A stretch of 64,000 bases of DNA from Thermodesulfobacteriota bacterium (GCA_965216785.1 OZ244197.1:2208001-2272000); one strand, 5' to 3'; numbered from the stretch's first letter, positions 29,340 to 39,683 are shown. Notes: generated by a model not told the origin, from the sequence alone. Numbers and translations: made by a program.

Positions 29340-29361
29340 TTCGCTTTCCTTAACTGTGCTC

Positions 29362-31050
29362 TCAACCCTCTTCTATAAATTCATCCGGCATGAGACGGGC
29401 TTCCTGCCATTTCTCATAACTTCTTTTTGTTAGTTTCTCGGGGCACCCTGAGGATATGTTCTTTATCTCTATAAGTATTTCCATGTCGAGTTTTGCTTCC
29501 CATAGTGTCCCCGTGCCGCAAAGATTGTCCCGGGTAAGGCCGTCTGTGTTTCTAAGATCAGCCTGGTATAGGGATGTCTGGTCAAGCTCCGTATTAACGA
29601 AGCTCGCGCCTCGCAAACCCACACCCAAAAGCAGCGCGCCGTTCAGTTTTGCGTTGGTCAGTGAAGCGCCTTCAAGGTTCGCGCTGTTAAGTTTTGCGTC
29701 CGTGAGGTCGGCGCCGGTAAGGTCCGCGGAGCGAAGCTGCGCGCTGTCAAAGCTGGAGCTGCTTAGGTCCGCGTCAACGAGGCGCGCGCCGTTAAGGTTG
29801 GATCTCTTTAGCTCAGCCCCCCTCATGTAGGCTCTACTCAGATCCGCGCCCTCGAGGTTCGCGTGACTAAGGTTAGAATCTTCCAAAATTACAGATTCCA
29901 AATTTGCTTTCTTTAGACTCGCCTTATGCAGGTCCACCCTTGTAAGTATTGCGTTTTTCAGTTCTGCCTCATCAAGGCTTGCGCCCTCAAGGTCAGTGTC
30001 CCTCAAGTTCACCTGCTCCAAATCAGCCTTCACTAATTTTGCGTTATAAAGGTTCGCCTCTTCAAGCCGGGCGTTTTTTAGCTCCGCTTCACTCAAATCG
30101 GCAAACGACAGATCAGTGCCTTTCAGGTTACTCTGCATGAGGTTCGCATTCACGAGTGAGGCATTGGTCAGTGTGGAGTTGCTAAGGTCCGTATTTGATA
30201 AATTAGCGTTATTGAGCTGTACTCCGGATAAATTGCTTTGTTTGAGGACGGCGTTTCTCAAGTCCGCGCCGTTAAGGTTTGCCCCCTCGAGGTCCACCCA
30301 AAAGTACTGATCGTTTCCGTCGCTTCCTTGTGGAGCGATCGCAAGTATCTCATTTCTAAGATCAAGATTGGCCCAGGCGTACTTTCCCGCGTTAATAGCC
30401 GGCACCATTATACATGCCGCGTACCAGCCTGCTGTAATAATCGCGCATACGGAGAACAGGACTACCAGGTCCCATACATCGTTTGATTTCTTAGGTTTAT
30501 GGATTCTGCTCCAGAAAAGGAATATCAGTAAGAGTGAAGTGAACGTGAGTCCTACTATGATATAAGATATGAGCTCGTCGTGCTTCTTCACATAAATGAT
30601 AGATAGTACAAATAGGGCGGCCGGGAGTGTAAGCCATAAAGACACAGCGGAGAATACAGACTGCACGGCGCCGTAAAAGCCTCCCTCGGCTGCACCGTAC
30701 GTATTCATACCCCATGGAAAAAGCTTATTTTTATCAAATTCTATATTCTGATCTTTACAGTATTGTATAAATTCGGAAACCAGAGTCCTGAGCTTATTCT
30801 GATAGAGCATCAGGTTAATGTACAGAACGATAGCCAGAAAGACTGAAACTATGAAAAACGCTTCCAGCGGAACCGTGAGGTTTAAAAACGGCAGGTTGAT
30901 GTAGCTTGCGCCCAGAGCAAGCTGTTTGTCCTTCACGCTAAGCGCCGTTACAACCAGGTATAACAAAAAGCCGATATATATATAATACAAAAGCCTGGCG
31001 TGTTTAGACGCACTGTCTATGACAGAGAGCATCCGTACTTCGTCTTTCAA
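29362..31050 (-). CDS. Membrane-anchored pentapeptide repeat protein
   Basis: About 5 N-terminal TMs followed by a long A(N/D)LxX repeat run. Confidence 0.9.
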   Translation of the reverse strand: MKDEVRMLSVIDSASKHARLLYYIYIGFLLYLVVTALSVKDKQLALGASYINLPFLNLTVPLEAFFIVSVFLAIVLYINLMLYQNKLRTLVSEFIQYCKDQNIEFDKNKLFPWGMNTYGAAEGGFYGAVQSVFSAVSLWLTLPAALFVLSIIYVKKHDELISYIIVGLTFTSLLLIFLFWSRIHKPKKSNDVWDLVVLFSVCAIITAGWYAACIMVPAINAGKYAWANLDLRNEILAIAPQGSDGNDQYFWVDLEGANLNGADLRNAVLKQSNLSGVQLNNANLSNTDLSNSTLTNASLVNANLMQSNLKGTDLSFADLSEAELKNARLEEANLYNAKLVKADLEQVNLRDTDLEGASLDEAELKNAILTRVDLHKASLKKANLESVILEDSNLSHANLEGADLSRAYMRGAELKRSNLNGARLVDADLSSSSFDSAQLRSADLTGADLTDAKLNSANLEGASLTNAKLNGALLLGVGLRGASFVNTELDQTSLYQADLRNTDGLTRDNLCGTGTLWEAKLDMEILIEIKNISSGCPEKLTKRSYEKWQEARLMPDEFIEEG

Positions 31051-31247
31051 TTTCCGACCCCCCCTGCCTTTGCTTCAAAGCTTATTATAGTAGAAGACGT
31101 ATATATTGTCTAGTGCGGCACGAAGTTATATATTTGATCTCCTTACTCGCTTAGATAGCAGCGTGTACGGTCTGTAGTTAACGTGCAATGTACAACGTTT
31201 TTTTAAAAGACCGGCAGGGGAGGGGTTTGCTTATTTTTCCTAATTCC

Positions 31248-31793
31248 TTAATCAAACCTAAAGCTCCCGACTATTTCATAGCACTCTTGTAGAAGCGAGC
31301 TGTATGAGGGGTAGCAGGTGAAAATCACTTTCTTATCTTTGTCTACGAAGTATATAGATAGCACTTGGTCGTCCCCAAGAGAGCTTTCGTCCTCGGCTCT
31401 TCGCCAAACCTTCTTTGCCTTTTTGCCGTCAATCGTAAAGTTCTCAAGCTTGGTAACGTTCCTTGTCTGAGTTATCAGCTTCCCGAGCGTACCCTTGTAA
31501 TGTGGATACACCCACCCGTCAACCCTGAGCATGTCTCGTGAGAATAGGTTCGGGCTGTCTGCTCTCGCGTCGTCCTTCGGGTAGCTCGTTATGCGAAAGA
31601 AGTTGCCTCCGACCCGCTCTGCCTCGCGAAGAGTTTTGTAGATGTCCATGTAAGTTTCCAGGTGCCAACCCTCGGGGTAGTCAATTGCAAACCCGTGCTC
31701 GCTCTTATAGGTGTTTTCCGCAAGAGCGCTTACAGGGCCTGACATTATGAGCGCGAGCAATATGAAAATCGTAGTGAGATTCTTGTATCTCAT
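31248..31793 (-). CDS. Exported PsbP-like protein
   Basis: Signal peptide; GFAIDYPEGW, IDGKKA, IVGSFRFD. Confidence 0.65.
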   Translation of the reverse strand: MRYKNLTTIFILLALIMSGPVSALAENTYKSEHGFAIDYPEGWHLETYMDIYKTLREAERVGGNFFRITSYPKDDARADSPNLFSRDMLRVDGWVYPHYKGTLGKLITQTRNVTKLENFTIDGKKAKKVWRRAEDESSLGDDQVLSIYFVDKDKKVIFTCYPSYSSLLQECYEIVGSFRFD

Positions 31794-31825
31794 AGCGCAT
31801 AGGATAATAAATGTCCGGGAATTTG

Positions 31826-32101
31826 TTAAGAATAGATAAAAATCATCATCTTGGTATAGTCTTTGTCGGTAAGCATCAGGTTTTCTTTTCCCTCTAGGGA
31901 GCGTATCTCTTCCATTACGCGGGACTTCTCTACATCGCGCACCTCATCCTTATTTAACACCAGCTGTATCTGTGTTTGCTCAGCGAACAGCGCCCGGAGC
32001 TTGATAGATGCCTGGTCGTACTGAAGCCCCGACCCGTCTCCTTCAAGCGACCACTCCATCGACTCCCCGTCCCATATCTCAATCCTTAAATGATTTGCCA
32101 T
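31826..32101 (-). CDS. Hypothetical protein
   Basis: 91-aa ORF in a co-oriented run. Confidence 0.55.
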   Translation of the reverse strand: MANHLRIEIWDGESMEWSLEGDGSGLQYDQASIKLRALFAEQTQIQLVLNKDEVRDVEKSRVMEEIRSLEGKENLMLTDKDYTKMMIFIYS

Positions 32102-32109
32102 TCCCTGTA

Positions 32110-32154
32110 TTCACCTTTTATTCCCCCTTTTTCAAAGGGGGGGTAGGGGGGATT
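32110..32154. repeat. REP-like palindrome
   Basis: TTCCCCCTTTTTCAAAGGGGGGTAGGGGGGATT, related to 23948 and 24734. Confidence 0.7.
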
Positions 32155-32176
32155 ATTATAAATCCTGTACTTTAAG

Positions 32177-32515
32177 TTACTTAACCTTTATAGCCTTCTC
32201 CACGACCTTGCGAAGGTTCTCGTAATCTATTTCGTCCTTATCCCTGAAATTAAGGCATCCCTTCCCGTGTTTGGTTTTCGGGTGTTTCTCTAAATAAGGC
32301 TCGATAAGCTCAAGCGAGCAGGTATATACCGACACGTAATCCTTGCGGTTGGCGATCGATACCCAATTCTCTCCGATCTCAAACGTTGGCATCTTATACT
32401 TCATATTTAGCTTAGTTTCCGGAAGCCACGCTCTTATCCTGTAAAGGAGCTCAGTAAATCTCTCTTTTCTTTCCCAGGGCACCTCAGATAAATACTCTTC
32501 CAAACTCTGTCCCAT
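32177..32515 (-). CDS. DUF1801/YdhG-like protein
   Basis: EEYLSEVP.ERKE, MKYKMPTF, GKGCLNF. Confidence 0.8.
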   Translation of the reverse strand: MGQSLEEYLSEVPWERKERFTELLYRIRAWLPETKLNMKYKMPTFEIGENWVSIANRKDYVSVYTCSLELIEPYLEKHPKTKHGKGCLNFRDKDEIDYENLRKVVEKAIKVK

Positions 32516-32700
32516 AACCTAATTATAACGCATAGCCAACAAACCCATTAGAATTTAAATGAGGTAACACCCGCCTACCTTTATGCTGCCGGGAAGAGCT
32601 TGTCCCCGGCAATTGCCCTGAATGTGTAGTGCTTTTTTAGGCACAAAGAAAAAAGCCGTGCGAATACAAAAACTTTGATACTGCTGTAAAGTGCTTCGTA

Positions 32701-33396
32701 TCAGTCCGGGGAATCCTGTTTGGTAATTACCATAAGCTTGTTTCCACCGCGCTGCATCTCATATTGGACTTGTTTTATTTCCACGTTGTAGCCGTCGCCT
32801 CGAAGCTCCTCCGCTAACTGCTTTATATGAGCTGAGGGGTTGAGCATGAGGTCCAGGAGCGGGAATATCCGTACTTCCCCTGCGATTCGCAGCATCTCGT
32901 AGACCGAACTTTTGTGGAATTCGTAATCGTAGTGTTTTGAGTACAGGAAAAGGAAGTGTGAGCACAAGGCAATGTCAAAGGCGGAGTCTTTAAAATCGAG
33001 TAAAGGAAGCTTGCCCAATAAGTACCTGCCTTCTGCTTTCCCCTGCTCATAATCTTTGAGGAATTTAATAATTGCCTGCTTACGGTGGAGCTTTAAGTGC
33101 TCGGGGGAAGTGTGATAAGCCCAGATCCAGTCGCTTGGGGAAGACGCCACCTGCTCTATAACCTGATCGATCACTTCATAAAACTGCTTTTCGATTTCCT
33201 CACCCGAGAATTCATAAAGTGGGTCGACCGACGTCACTTTATTTCCAAGCTCCTTCATCTCGGCGTTAAAGCTCGCGGGTCCGTCGCCTATGCCTATTAT
33301 TTTTTTATCCAAATCCTTCTCGGTAAGCCCGAACATGAGCCAGTACTCCTCGAGCGATCTTCCTAGAGGGGTTACCTTCTCTAACTTCATTACCAT
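32701..33396 (-). CDS. SAM-dependent methyltransferase-like protein
   Basis: GRSLEEY..MF.L, GDGPASFNAE, FDIALCSHFLFLY, EVRIFPL. Confidence 0.85.
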   Translation of the reverse strand: MVMKLEKVTPLGRSLEEYWLMFGLTEKDLDKKIIGIGDGPASFNAEMKELGNKVTSVDPLYEFSGEEIEKQFYEVIDQVIEQVASSPSDWIWAYHTSPEHLKLHRKQAIIKFLKDYEQGKAEGRYLLGKLPLLDFKDSAFDIALCSHFLFLYSKHYDYEFHKSSVYEMLRIAGEVRIFPLLDLMLNPSAHIKQLAEELRGDGYNVEIKQVQYEMQRGGNKLMVITKQDSPD

Positions 33397-33401
33397 CTAT
33401 G

Positions 33402-33794
33402 CTAAACCTCCCACTTAAATTCACAGCTCTTCCCGGATACAAACAAATACTTCCCGAAATCAGGAAGAAAAAAATAATGCCTGAACGCTTCTTCGTCGCG
33501 CGCTCCGGGGACGCTGACATCTTCTTTCAATGATTCAATTGTACCAGAGTCTGAAATTCTTATCCCCTTTTCCATAGTGCTAAGTATGTCCGTCTCCGAG
33601 TCGTCCAGTATGAAATAAACCAGGTCAAGTACGGTGAGTACGCCCTTTTTAATCTCACTGCCGGTGTCTATATCCAGATATAACTTAAGCTCATAGGATC
33701 TGTTCTTTACAGTTATCATTCTGAGCACCGAGCCCCGAAAACCGTTTGGCAGTTTGTCTTGAACCTCTTGGATGTTCATATACTTAAGCGCCAA
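33402..33794 (-). CDS. Hypothetical protein
   Basis: LPNGF..S.L motif; start may be 33779. Confidence 0.6.
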   Translation of the reverse strand: MALKYMNIQEVQDKLPNGFRGSVLRMITVKNRSYELKLYLDIDTGSEIKKGVLTVLDLVYFILDDSETDILSTMEKGIRISDSGTIESLKEDVSVPGARDEEAFRHYFFLPDFGKYLFVSGKSCEFKWEV

Positions 33795-34512
33795 GCTTGC
33801 GCGCCAGGTCGTTAAAATCCCGGGCCATTATATCAAAGCGCATATCCTCTTCTTCATCCTCAGCTATACCGCCCTGTCCGAACTCTAGCGGTCTCGATAC
33901 ATAGGCGGTACCGAACCCCAGCTCGCCCGCGGCCTCCAGATCATCAGTATGGGCGGCGACCATCATCATCTGCTCCGGACTCAGTCCCAGCAGCCCGGCA
34001 GCGGTCAGATAAACTTCTTTGTCGGGCTTATAGTGCCCGGCAAGCTCTGAAGACAGCACGCAGTCCCAGGTAAGCCCGCCGTATTTTGACAAGTCCACCA
34101 GCAGTGACAAGTTGCCGTTTGATAGAGTCGCGACAGTGTAGCATGAGCGTATTCTCTCAAGTCCCTGTACAGAGTCGGGCCAGGGGGTAAGCCTGTGCCA
34201 TGCGTAATTAAGGTGCTCTATCTCGTCCTCATTTAAGTCCGTAAAATTATATTCCTCAAGAAGCTGCTCAAGCACCATTCTGTGGAGCGTATCGATATCG
34301 GTCCAAGGGAGCTCTCCCTTCCTGACCATATCCATTGCGGGCGCGTAACCTGCGCGCCATTTGTCCGCAAACCCGGCCCAATCGATCACGGTCCCCTTTG
34401 ATATGCCGAATTCCCTTAATTCACGGATTATCGAAGAGCGCCAGTCGACCACCGTGCCGAACACGTCGAACGTAAGCGCTTTAATTTCAGATATGTCTAC
34501 TGGACTGCCCAT
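33784..34512 (-). CDS. Haloacid dehalogenase type II (HAD)
   Basis: FDVFGTVVDWR, LSNGN, YKPD.EVY, MVAAH..DL. Confidence 0.9.
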   Translation of the reverse strand: MGSPVDISEIKALTFDVFGTVVDWRSSIIRELREFGISKGTVIDWAGFADKWRAGYAPAMDMVRKGELPWTDIDTLHRMVLEQLLEEYNFTDLNEDEIEHLNYAWHRLTPWPDSVQGLERIRSCYTVATLSNGNLSLLVDLSKYGGLTWDCVLSSELAGHYKPDKEVYLTAAGLLGLSPEQMMMVAAHTDDLEAAGELGFGTAYVSRPLEFGQGGIAEDEEEDMRFDIMARDFNDLARKLGA

Positions 34513-34536
34513 TATAGTTTAGGTGTTAGGAAAATT

Positions 34537-34962
34537 TTAAGAACCCCGCTCCGCTTTTTTCATCGCATTTGCTATAAACCTATCGGCGTCAACTATAAAC
34601 CTCTCATGCGTACCGGTTGAGATTGTGTCCACCCCGTCGTCCGATTCTATTTGAAAGCTGAGCCGCCTTCCCTCCACCTCGATAAGCTCACCCCTAACTT
34701 TAACGGTTAGCCCAGGGGGCGTTGCCGCTGTGTGGTTTAGGTTTACCGCCGTACCGACCGACATTTGTCTTGGGAAATCAATGTGCTCGTTTATAAACCT
34801 TACGCACGCCCACTCAAACAGCGCGATCATAAAACCGGTGGAGAAGACCTTGGGCATAATGCTCATCTCCTCGGATTCAGGGTATATGTAAGGTACGGTT
34901 TTTGATTCGGGCACCGTGTAGTCAAACTCAAACTTAAGCCCGGGCTTAAGGGTCTCGTACAT
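34537..34962 (-). CDS. Fluoroacetyl-CoA thioesterase (FlK)-like hotdog thioesterase
   Basis: VFSTGFMIALFEWAC, SVGT.V..NH.AATPPG, GTHERF. Confidence 0.85.
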   Translation of the reverse strand: MYETLKPGLKFEFDYTVPESKTVPYIYPESEEMSIMPKVFSTGFMIALFEWACVRFINEHIDFPRQMSVGTAVNLNHTAATPPGLTVKVRGELIEVEGRRLSFQIESDDGVDTISTGTHERFIVDADRFIANAMKKAERGS

Positions 34963-35039
34963 TTGTGTTCCTCCCGCTAACTTGAGAAACTAATATATCA
35001 GATTATACCCTTACGGCAATCGGGCCCGGTTGTTAATAG

Positions 35040-36095
35040 CTAGGTATATGCGTCTTCAATGCATGCGTCAAATTTCATCCGCAGCTCTCCCGCGTCCATA
35101 GCCCCGGGCTCGCCGATGGCGACTATTTGAGTCCTGGGCTCCCGATCTCCCCATTCGCCAAGCTCCGTAATCTCGGTACGTCGCCCCACTATCTGCAGCG
35201 AAAAACGTTTGTCAGGGGCATCGGCCGTGAATACGATGCCCTTACAGCGGTAAACGCTCGCCGGGAGCTCTCTGCGAACCATTTGGCGAAGAGCCTCAAG
35301 TGAAAACGCTCTATCGGACTCGTAGCTCCAGCTATCGAACATCCCTTTTGCGGATTCATGGCTGTGAGAGCGCTCTTTGTCTTTAATCCCGGTGTTGTTG
35401 CTCTCAAAGTATATGTTCGCGGGCTCAAAACGCCCTACCGCGAGCAGTATCTCAAGCGGCACGTCGCAGCGGACCGACTGAACGATCCGCACCCTTTTCA
35501 GATAGTGATCGATCCACTCCTTTATTACCTCTATGTGCTCAGTACCAACAAGATCAACCTTATTAAGAACAACCATATCGGCAAATCCAATCTGCCGGAT
35601 CTTTAAAGAGTTCAGCTCCTCGTTGTCACCGTGTGTAAATACGGCTTCGGCGTCTACAATACAGGTAATACTGTCCAATCGAAGCAGCTTTTCATATTTT
35701 TGATCTAGGAAAGTCATAACGATACTCTCCGGATCCGATACTCCGCTGGCCTCTAGAATTACGTAATCGATTACGTCTTCACGAGTAAGGAGCTGTTCAA
35801 GGGATTTAACTAGATCGCTGCGGATCTCGCAGCAAACGCAGCCGTTTGAGAGGTTTATAGTGTTCTCCTCCACTCCCTCCACAAGCTCTGCGTCAATGTT
35901 GACTGCTCCGAAATCATTAACCAGCACCCCGATCCGAAGTCCGTGGTTTCCGTTCAATATACGGTTAAGCAGAGTTGTTTTTCCGGCGCCGAGAAACCCT
36001 GTCAAAAGCGTGACCGGGATCGGGTTGCGTCCCTCTATGACAATGGGCTCGGTACTTGCGGCAGGCGCTAGTATCTGCTCAGGATTGTTACTCAT
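35040..36095 (-). CDS. COG0523/CobW family GTPase (metallochaperone)
   Basis: GFLGAGKTT, VNDFG, GCVCC, EASG, NKVD, YRCKG; short His stretch. Confidence 0.92.
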   Translation of the reverse strand: MSNNPEQILAPAASTEPIVIEGRNPIPVTLLTGFLGAGKTTLLNRILNGNHGLRIGVLVNDFGAVNIDAELVEGVEENTINLSNGCVCCEIRSDLVKSLEQLLTREDVIDYVILEASGVSDPESIVMTFLDQKYEKLLRLDSITCIVDAEAVFTHGDNEELNSLKIRQIGFADMVVLNKVDLVGTEHIEVIKEWIDHYLKRVRIVQSVRCDVPLEILLAVGRFEPANIYFESNNTGIKDKERSHSHESAKGMFDSWSYESDRAFSLEALRQMVRRELPASVYRCKGIVFTADAPDKRFSLQIVGRRTEITELGEWGDREPRTQIVAIGEPGAMDAGELRMKFDACIEDAYT

Positions 36096-36167
36096 TATTT
36101 CCTCGTTTTTTCTACGCGGCGAGCTGCCCATTTGAGCAGCAGCGCGCCATCGCAGTTGTTCTTGTTG

Positions 36168-37625
36168 TTAGTCCTTGACCTTAATGCCGCGCGCCGCTAA
36201 CATCTCACGTGGATTCAGAGTGATGCCGGGCCATTTTTGAACGGGCTTTCGGTACTCTCCGGGCGGGTAATACTTGTGGGGATCAATCTCCAGATCGCGC
36301 ACAAACTGTTCCTGCTGTTTCTCGCGTGGCAGCCTCGGTGTGGGCAGCTTCATTTCCTCTGGTAGTTTCTCGCCGGGTTTCAGTAACCATCTGGGGTCCA
36401 TTGCGGGCGGTGCGGCTCCTTCGGGCATGAGAGCTTCTCTTGCCCAGATAGCATCCTTTGAAACATTGAGAACCTGGACATCCGGTCCGCCAAACATAAA
36501 CAGACCGTCCCAGTTTGCACGGACTTCGGCCACCGATTCTGCGGCCAGACCGGAGCCCGACCACTCGTAGTGGCAAATGCAGCCGATGCGGGGCTGAGCC
36601 TGCTTAAACAAGTAGCCTGCCGCATAGTACATAGTATGGAAAATGTCGATAGTATATTCCCAGAGCTCAGCCGGTGCGCCCACTTTGATGGCTGATAAGG
36701 CGGGTGTATCAATTGTTCCCTCAGAGACAAAGACGTCCGCTCCTTTCCCGTATTTGGCGGACAGCTCGTCCGGGCGTCCGTCCCCGGTCCATACGAAGGA
36801 AAGTCCCGCGTCCTCCCAGTCAAGCCGGTACGCCGAAGCACCGTCCTTTACGTGCGAGCGCGGCCAGTGCCGTACCACTACTCCGTCTTTATTGTAGCAA
36901 ACGCCGTTTTCCTCTTTCCAATCAAACTCGGTAACATCGATCTCCATACCGTCCCCAACAGGCAAACAGTTGAAGTTCTCTTCGTGCCATCGGTTCATCT
37001 CGCGCATATGCTTTATCATGTGCTTGGTCCCAAGCTCCGGGGTTCTGCCCGATGGTCCGTATACCCTAAGCGGGGTAAAGCCACCTGAAAAAGCGCGGAA
37101 TGGGTACATGTATGGAAGGTCGGCAAAATGGTCTGAGTGAAGATGGCTCAGAAATATATCGTTTATAAGCGGCGCCGGTACCTGAAGCGCTATGGCATTC
37201 TTGATACTTCCATTACCCATATCGAAGAAGAAACGACGAGGCTGCAGTGTTCCGTTGCCTAGCTCTACCAACATGGATGTGCCCGACTGTAATGTCGTCG
37301 GAGGCCAGGGAGTGCTGCCGAGGAAAGAAATTCGCATTTCATTTTTCGGTAGTATTTCAGAGCCGGGGATGTAAAAGTTGTTATTACTAATTGCGGCCCA
37401 GGGTTTGTAGTACTCCGGAAGGCTGACTCCGCCGCCGGGGCGGGGTCCGTAGGGGTTGGTCAGCTGACATTCAGACTCTTGCGCCGCCGAAACGTCCGGG
37501 ATGGACATTGAAGCTGCCGCGGCCCCAGCGGCCACTACCGTGCTTTTCTTGAGAAAATCGCGTCTACTCTGCTCAGGGCTTGGACTTTCACTCTTAACGT
37601 TGGGTTTATCTTTCTTCTCCATCAA
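36168..37625 (-). CDS. Tat-exported MBL-fold metallohydrolase (RNase Z/AtsA-like; resembles the GntH family)
   Basis: SRRDFLKK Tat motif; HLHSDH; RSHVKDG; WTGDGRPD. Confidence 0.82.
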   Translation of the reverse strand: MMEKKDKPNVKSESPSPEQSRRDFLKKSTVVAAGAAAASMSIPDVSAAQESECQLTNPYGPRPGGGVSLPEYYKPWAAISNNNFYIPGSEILPKNEMRISFLGSTPWPPTTLQSGTSMLVELGNGTLQPRRFFFDMGNGSIKNAIALQVPAPLINDIFLSHLHSDHFADLPYMYPFRAFSGGFTPLRVYGPSGRTPELGTKHMIKHMREMNRWHEENFNCLPVGDGMEIDVTEFDWKEENGVCYNKDGVVVRHWPRSHVKDGASAYRLDWEDAGLSFVWTGDGRPDELSAKYGKGADVFVSEGTIDTPALSAIKVGAPAELWEYTIDIFHTMYYAAGYLFKQAQPRIGCICHYEWSGSGLAAESVAEVRANWDGLFMFGGPDVQVLNVSKDAIWAREALMPEGAAPPAMDPRWLLKPGEKLPEEMKLPTPRLPREKQQEQFVRDLEIDPHKYYPPGEYRKPVQKWPGITLNPREMLAARGIKVKD

Positions 37626-37797
37626 TAGCCTCCTTTATAACAATGATAATTTACTAATATGTTACCTGAGAAACATTACGGCGATGCCGGATTGCTTGTT
37701 TCTGAACGTAACCGAAAATAATCAGAGAGTAAATTAGGTGCGAGCAAAGAGAGTGAATGTTCTCTTTACACTAAGTATACTATTTCACTGTTTCACT

Positions 37798-38529
37798 ATG
37801 AATAGATTAATCGCACTTGTAGCGGCAGCTATTTTTATCTCCCTCGTAACGTTCCTGTTTTTCGAGCTCGGCTACGTGCGTTTTAACTATCCGAGCGATA
37901 AGACCTATCCTATCCGCGGTATAGACATATCCCATCACCAGGACGTTATAGACTGGGACGTGCTCACGCGCTCAAACATAGACTTCGCGTTCATTAAGGC
38001 TACAGAGGGCGGGGACCATAAGGACACTAAGTTCGCCGAGAACTGGAGGAGGGCAGGGGACATAGGAATAGTAAGGGGCGCCTACCACTTCTTTACATTC
38101 TGTAAGACCGGGCGCGAGCAGGCGCTTAATTTCATGGAGACTGTCCCTGTGGAAGAGCATATGCTCCCCCCCGCGATTGATCTGGAATTCTCGGGTAACT
38201 GCAGCGCCAGGCCCACAAAAGAGGAGCTCCACAAAGAACTCTCGGATTTTACCGAGCTGGTACAGGAAAAGTACGACCGCCGGCCCGTTCTTTATATAAC
38301 CAACGAGTCCTACAGGGCTTTTGTCGAAGGCGAGGATCTTCCTTACTTTATCTGGATCAGGGATATACGCAGTAAACCCAGGCTCGCCCCCGGGCACGAA
38401 TGGACCTTCTGGCAGTTCACCCATCGGGGCCGCCTCCACGGCATCGACGGCTTCGTCGACCTAAACGTATTTAACGGCACCCGCGAGTACTTCAAGGAAG
38501 TCACACTCCCCCTTAGCTTTGGGTACTGA
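37798..38529 (+). CDS. GH25 muramidase (lysozyme M1-like)
   Basis: GIDISHHQ, FIKATEG, GAYHFF, DLE, WQF, VDLNVF. Confidence 0.92.
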   Translation: MNRLIALVAAAIFISLVTFLFFELGYVRFNYPSDKTYPIRGIDISHHQDVIDWDVLTRSNIDFAFIKATEGGDHKDTKFAENWRRAGDIGIVRGAYHFFTFCKTGREQALNFMETVPVEEHMLPPAIDLEFSGNCSARPTKEELHKELSDFTELVQEKYDRRPVLYITNESYRAFVEGEDLPYFIWIRDIRSKPRLAPGHEWTFWQFTHRGRLHGIDGFVDLNVFNGTREYFKEVTLPLSFGY

Positions 38530-38566
38530 TTTTAGTGGTTTGGATGTAACTAGAGATGTGGATTAA

Positions 38567-39169
38567 TTAAAGGCTTTTCCCGCTTATCCTGTCTTTATAC
38601 TTAAGTATCTCAGAGGACTCGCTTGAGAGCTTTGTGATCCTCTTTAGCTTGCCGGACCTCAGCATAATCTTTGACAGGTAGTAATCGATCACGGGCTCGC
38701 CGTCCTCGGGCTTCTTCTCAAAGGCTACGGTGCAGATAAGCTCTTTCCCGTCTTCTTTCACCGAGCGCAGCTGTATGATCGAGGCCTTCTCGTAAGGAGA
38801 CTTAATATCCACGTCTTCCGTTGTGAATATTTCCAAGGCTTCCCCGGTATCCGTGTCGATCATATCTATAGAATGCCAGTCGTAACCCGTGTATTTATTC
38901 CCTTTCTTACGGACCTTGAATACGTTTACGAATATCTTAGAGTGCTCCGTAGAGAACACGACGTCTTCAAACGTCAGGTTCTCCGTCTCCGGAGTTATCC
39001 TTCTGTATGTGTCGTCCTCAAAGTGTCTCGCGTAAAGGCTCTTTACTCCATAGCCGTCCCCCAGGCCCTTGTAGAAATGCGCCAGGAACTGATCGCCCTC
39101 GGGCTCCATATAGAGCTCCAGAAAACGGTTTTCTTCTGAAATGCCGATATTCCCCCACTGATTAGTCAT
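38567..39169 (-). CDS. Hypothetical protein
   Basis: 200-aa ORF with RBS GGAG. Confidence 0.65.
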   Translation of the reverse strand: MTNQWGNIGISEENRFLELYMEPEGDQFLAHFYKGLGDGYGVKSLYARHFEDDTYRRITPETENLTFEDVVFSTEHSKIFVNVFKVRKKGNKYTGYDWHSIDMIDTDTGEALEIFTTEDVDIKSPYEKASIIQLRSVKEDGKELICTVAFEKKPEDGEPVIDYYLSKIMLRSGKLKRITKLSSESSEILKYKDRISGKSL

Positions 39170-39385
39170 AGCTTCTCCGACCTTCTTCTTAAGTTTCGAC
39201 CGCAGTTAACAGACCCATTCAGCTACAGCAGCCGTGAAAAAAATAAGCAAAAAATGTTAATGTATTGACCCGTTTCTAATTATAATACAACTCCACCCCG
39301 TTTGTGAAGAGGTTATGAAAATTTCTTTGTGTAGTTCCTTATATCGTTTGTTCAAGAAGGGTGCGGTTTTAGAATTTTTTGTTTT

Positions 39386-39683
39386 TATCTTCCGACATAC
39401 ATAAATAGCGTTAAGAAAATGCGGGCAGTGCCCGCAGACATAATGTTTCTACATTCCTAATAAGGTTCATGAGGACTTTATCTGCTTACCCTAACTCATA
39501 AGCCATGTAGAAACCGAATGAATGGACACTATGTGTCCGCGTTAAAAACCTTATACGTGGTGTGGGCGGAATTATAAGGATCATACAACTACATTCATTT
39601 TTAGCCTCATTTATGTGAAGGCGGTGATTTTTGTAATCTTTTAGTAATCCACACTTCGTGTGTGATCATGCAAAAGAAGAGAA
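39386..39683 (-). repeat. Dispersed structured element, copy 4 (expanded, inverted)
   Basis: Reverse complement: TTCTCTTCTTTTGCATGATC..AAAAATCACC..CCTTATA-ATTCCGCCCACACCACG-TATAAGG..TTTTCTTAACGCT..GTCGGAAGAT, with extra hairpins. Confidence 0.8.

Noticed and set aside
29520-30300. 15-bp periodicity in the DNA
   Set aside because: Explained by the pentapeptide repeat protein
37798-38529. GH25 lysozyme as a prophage endolysin
   Set aside because: Has an N-terminal membrane anchor, lies 14 kb from the relic and has no holin or spanin neighbours; likely cellular
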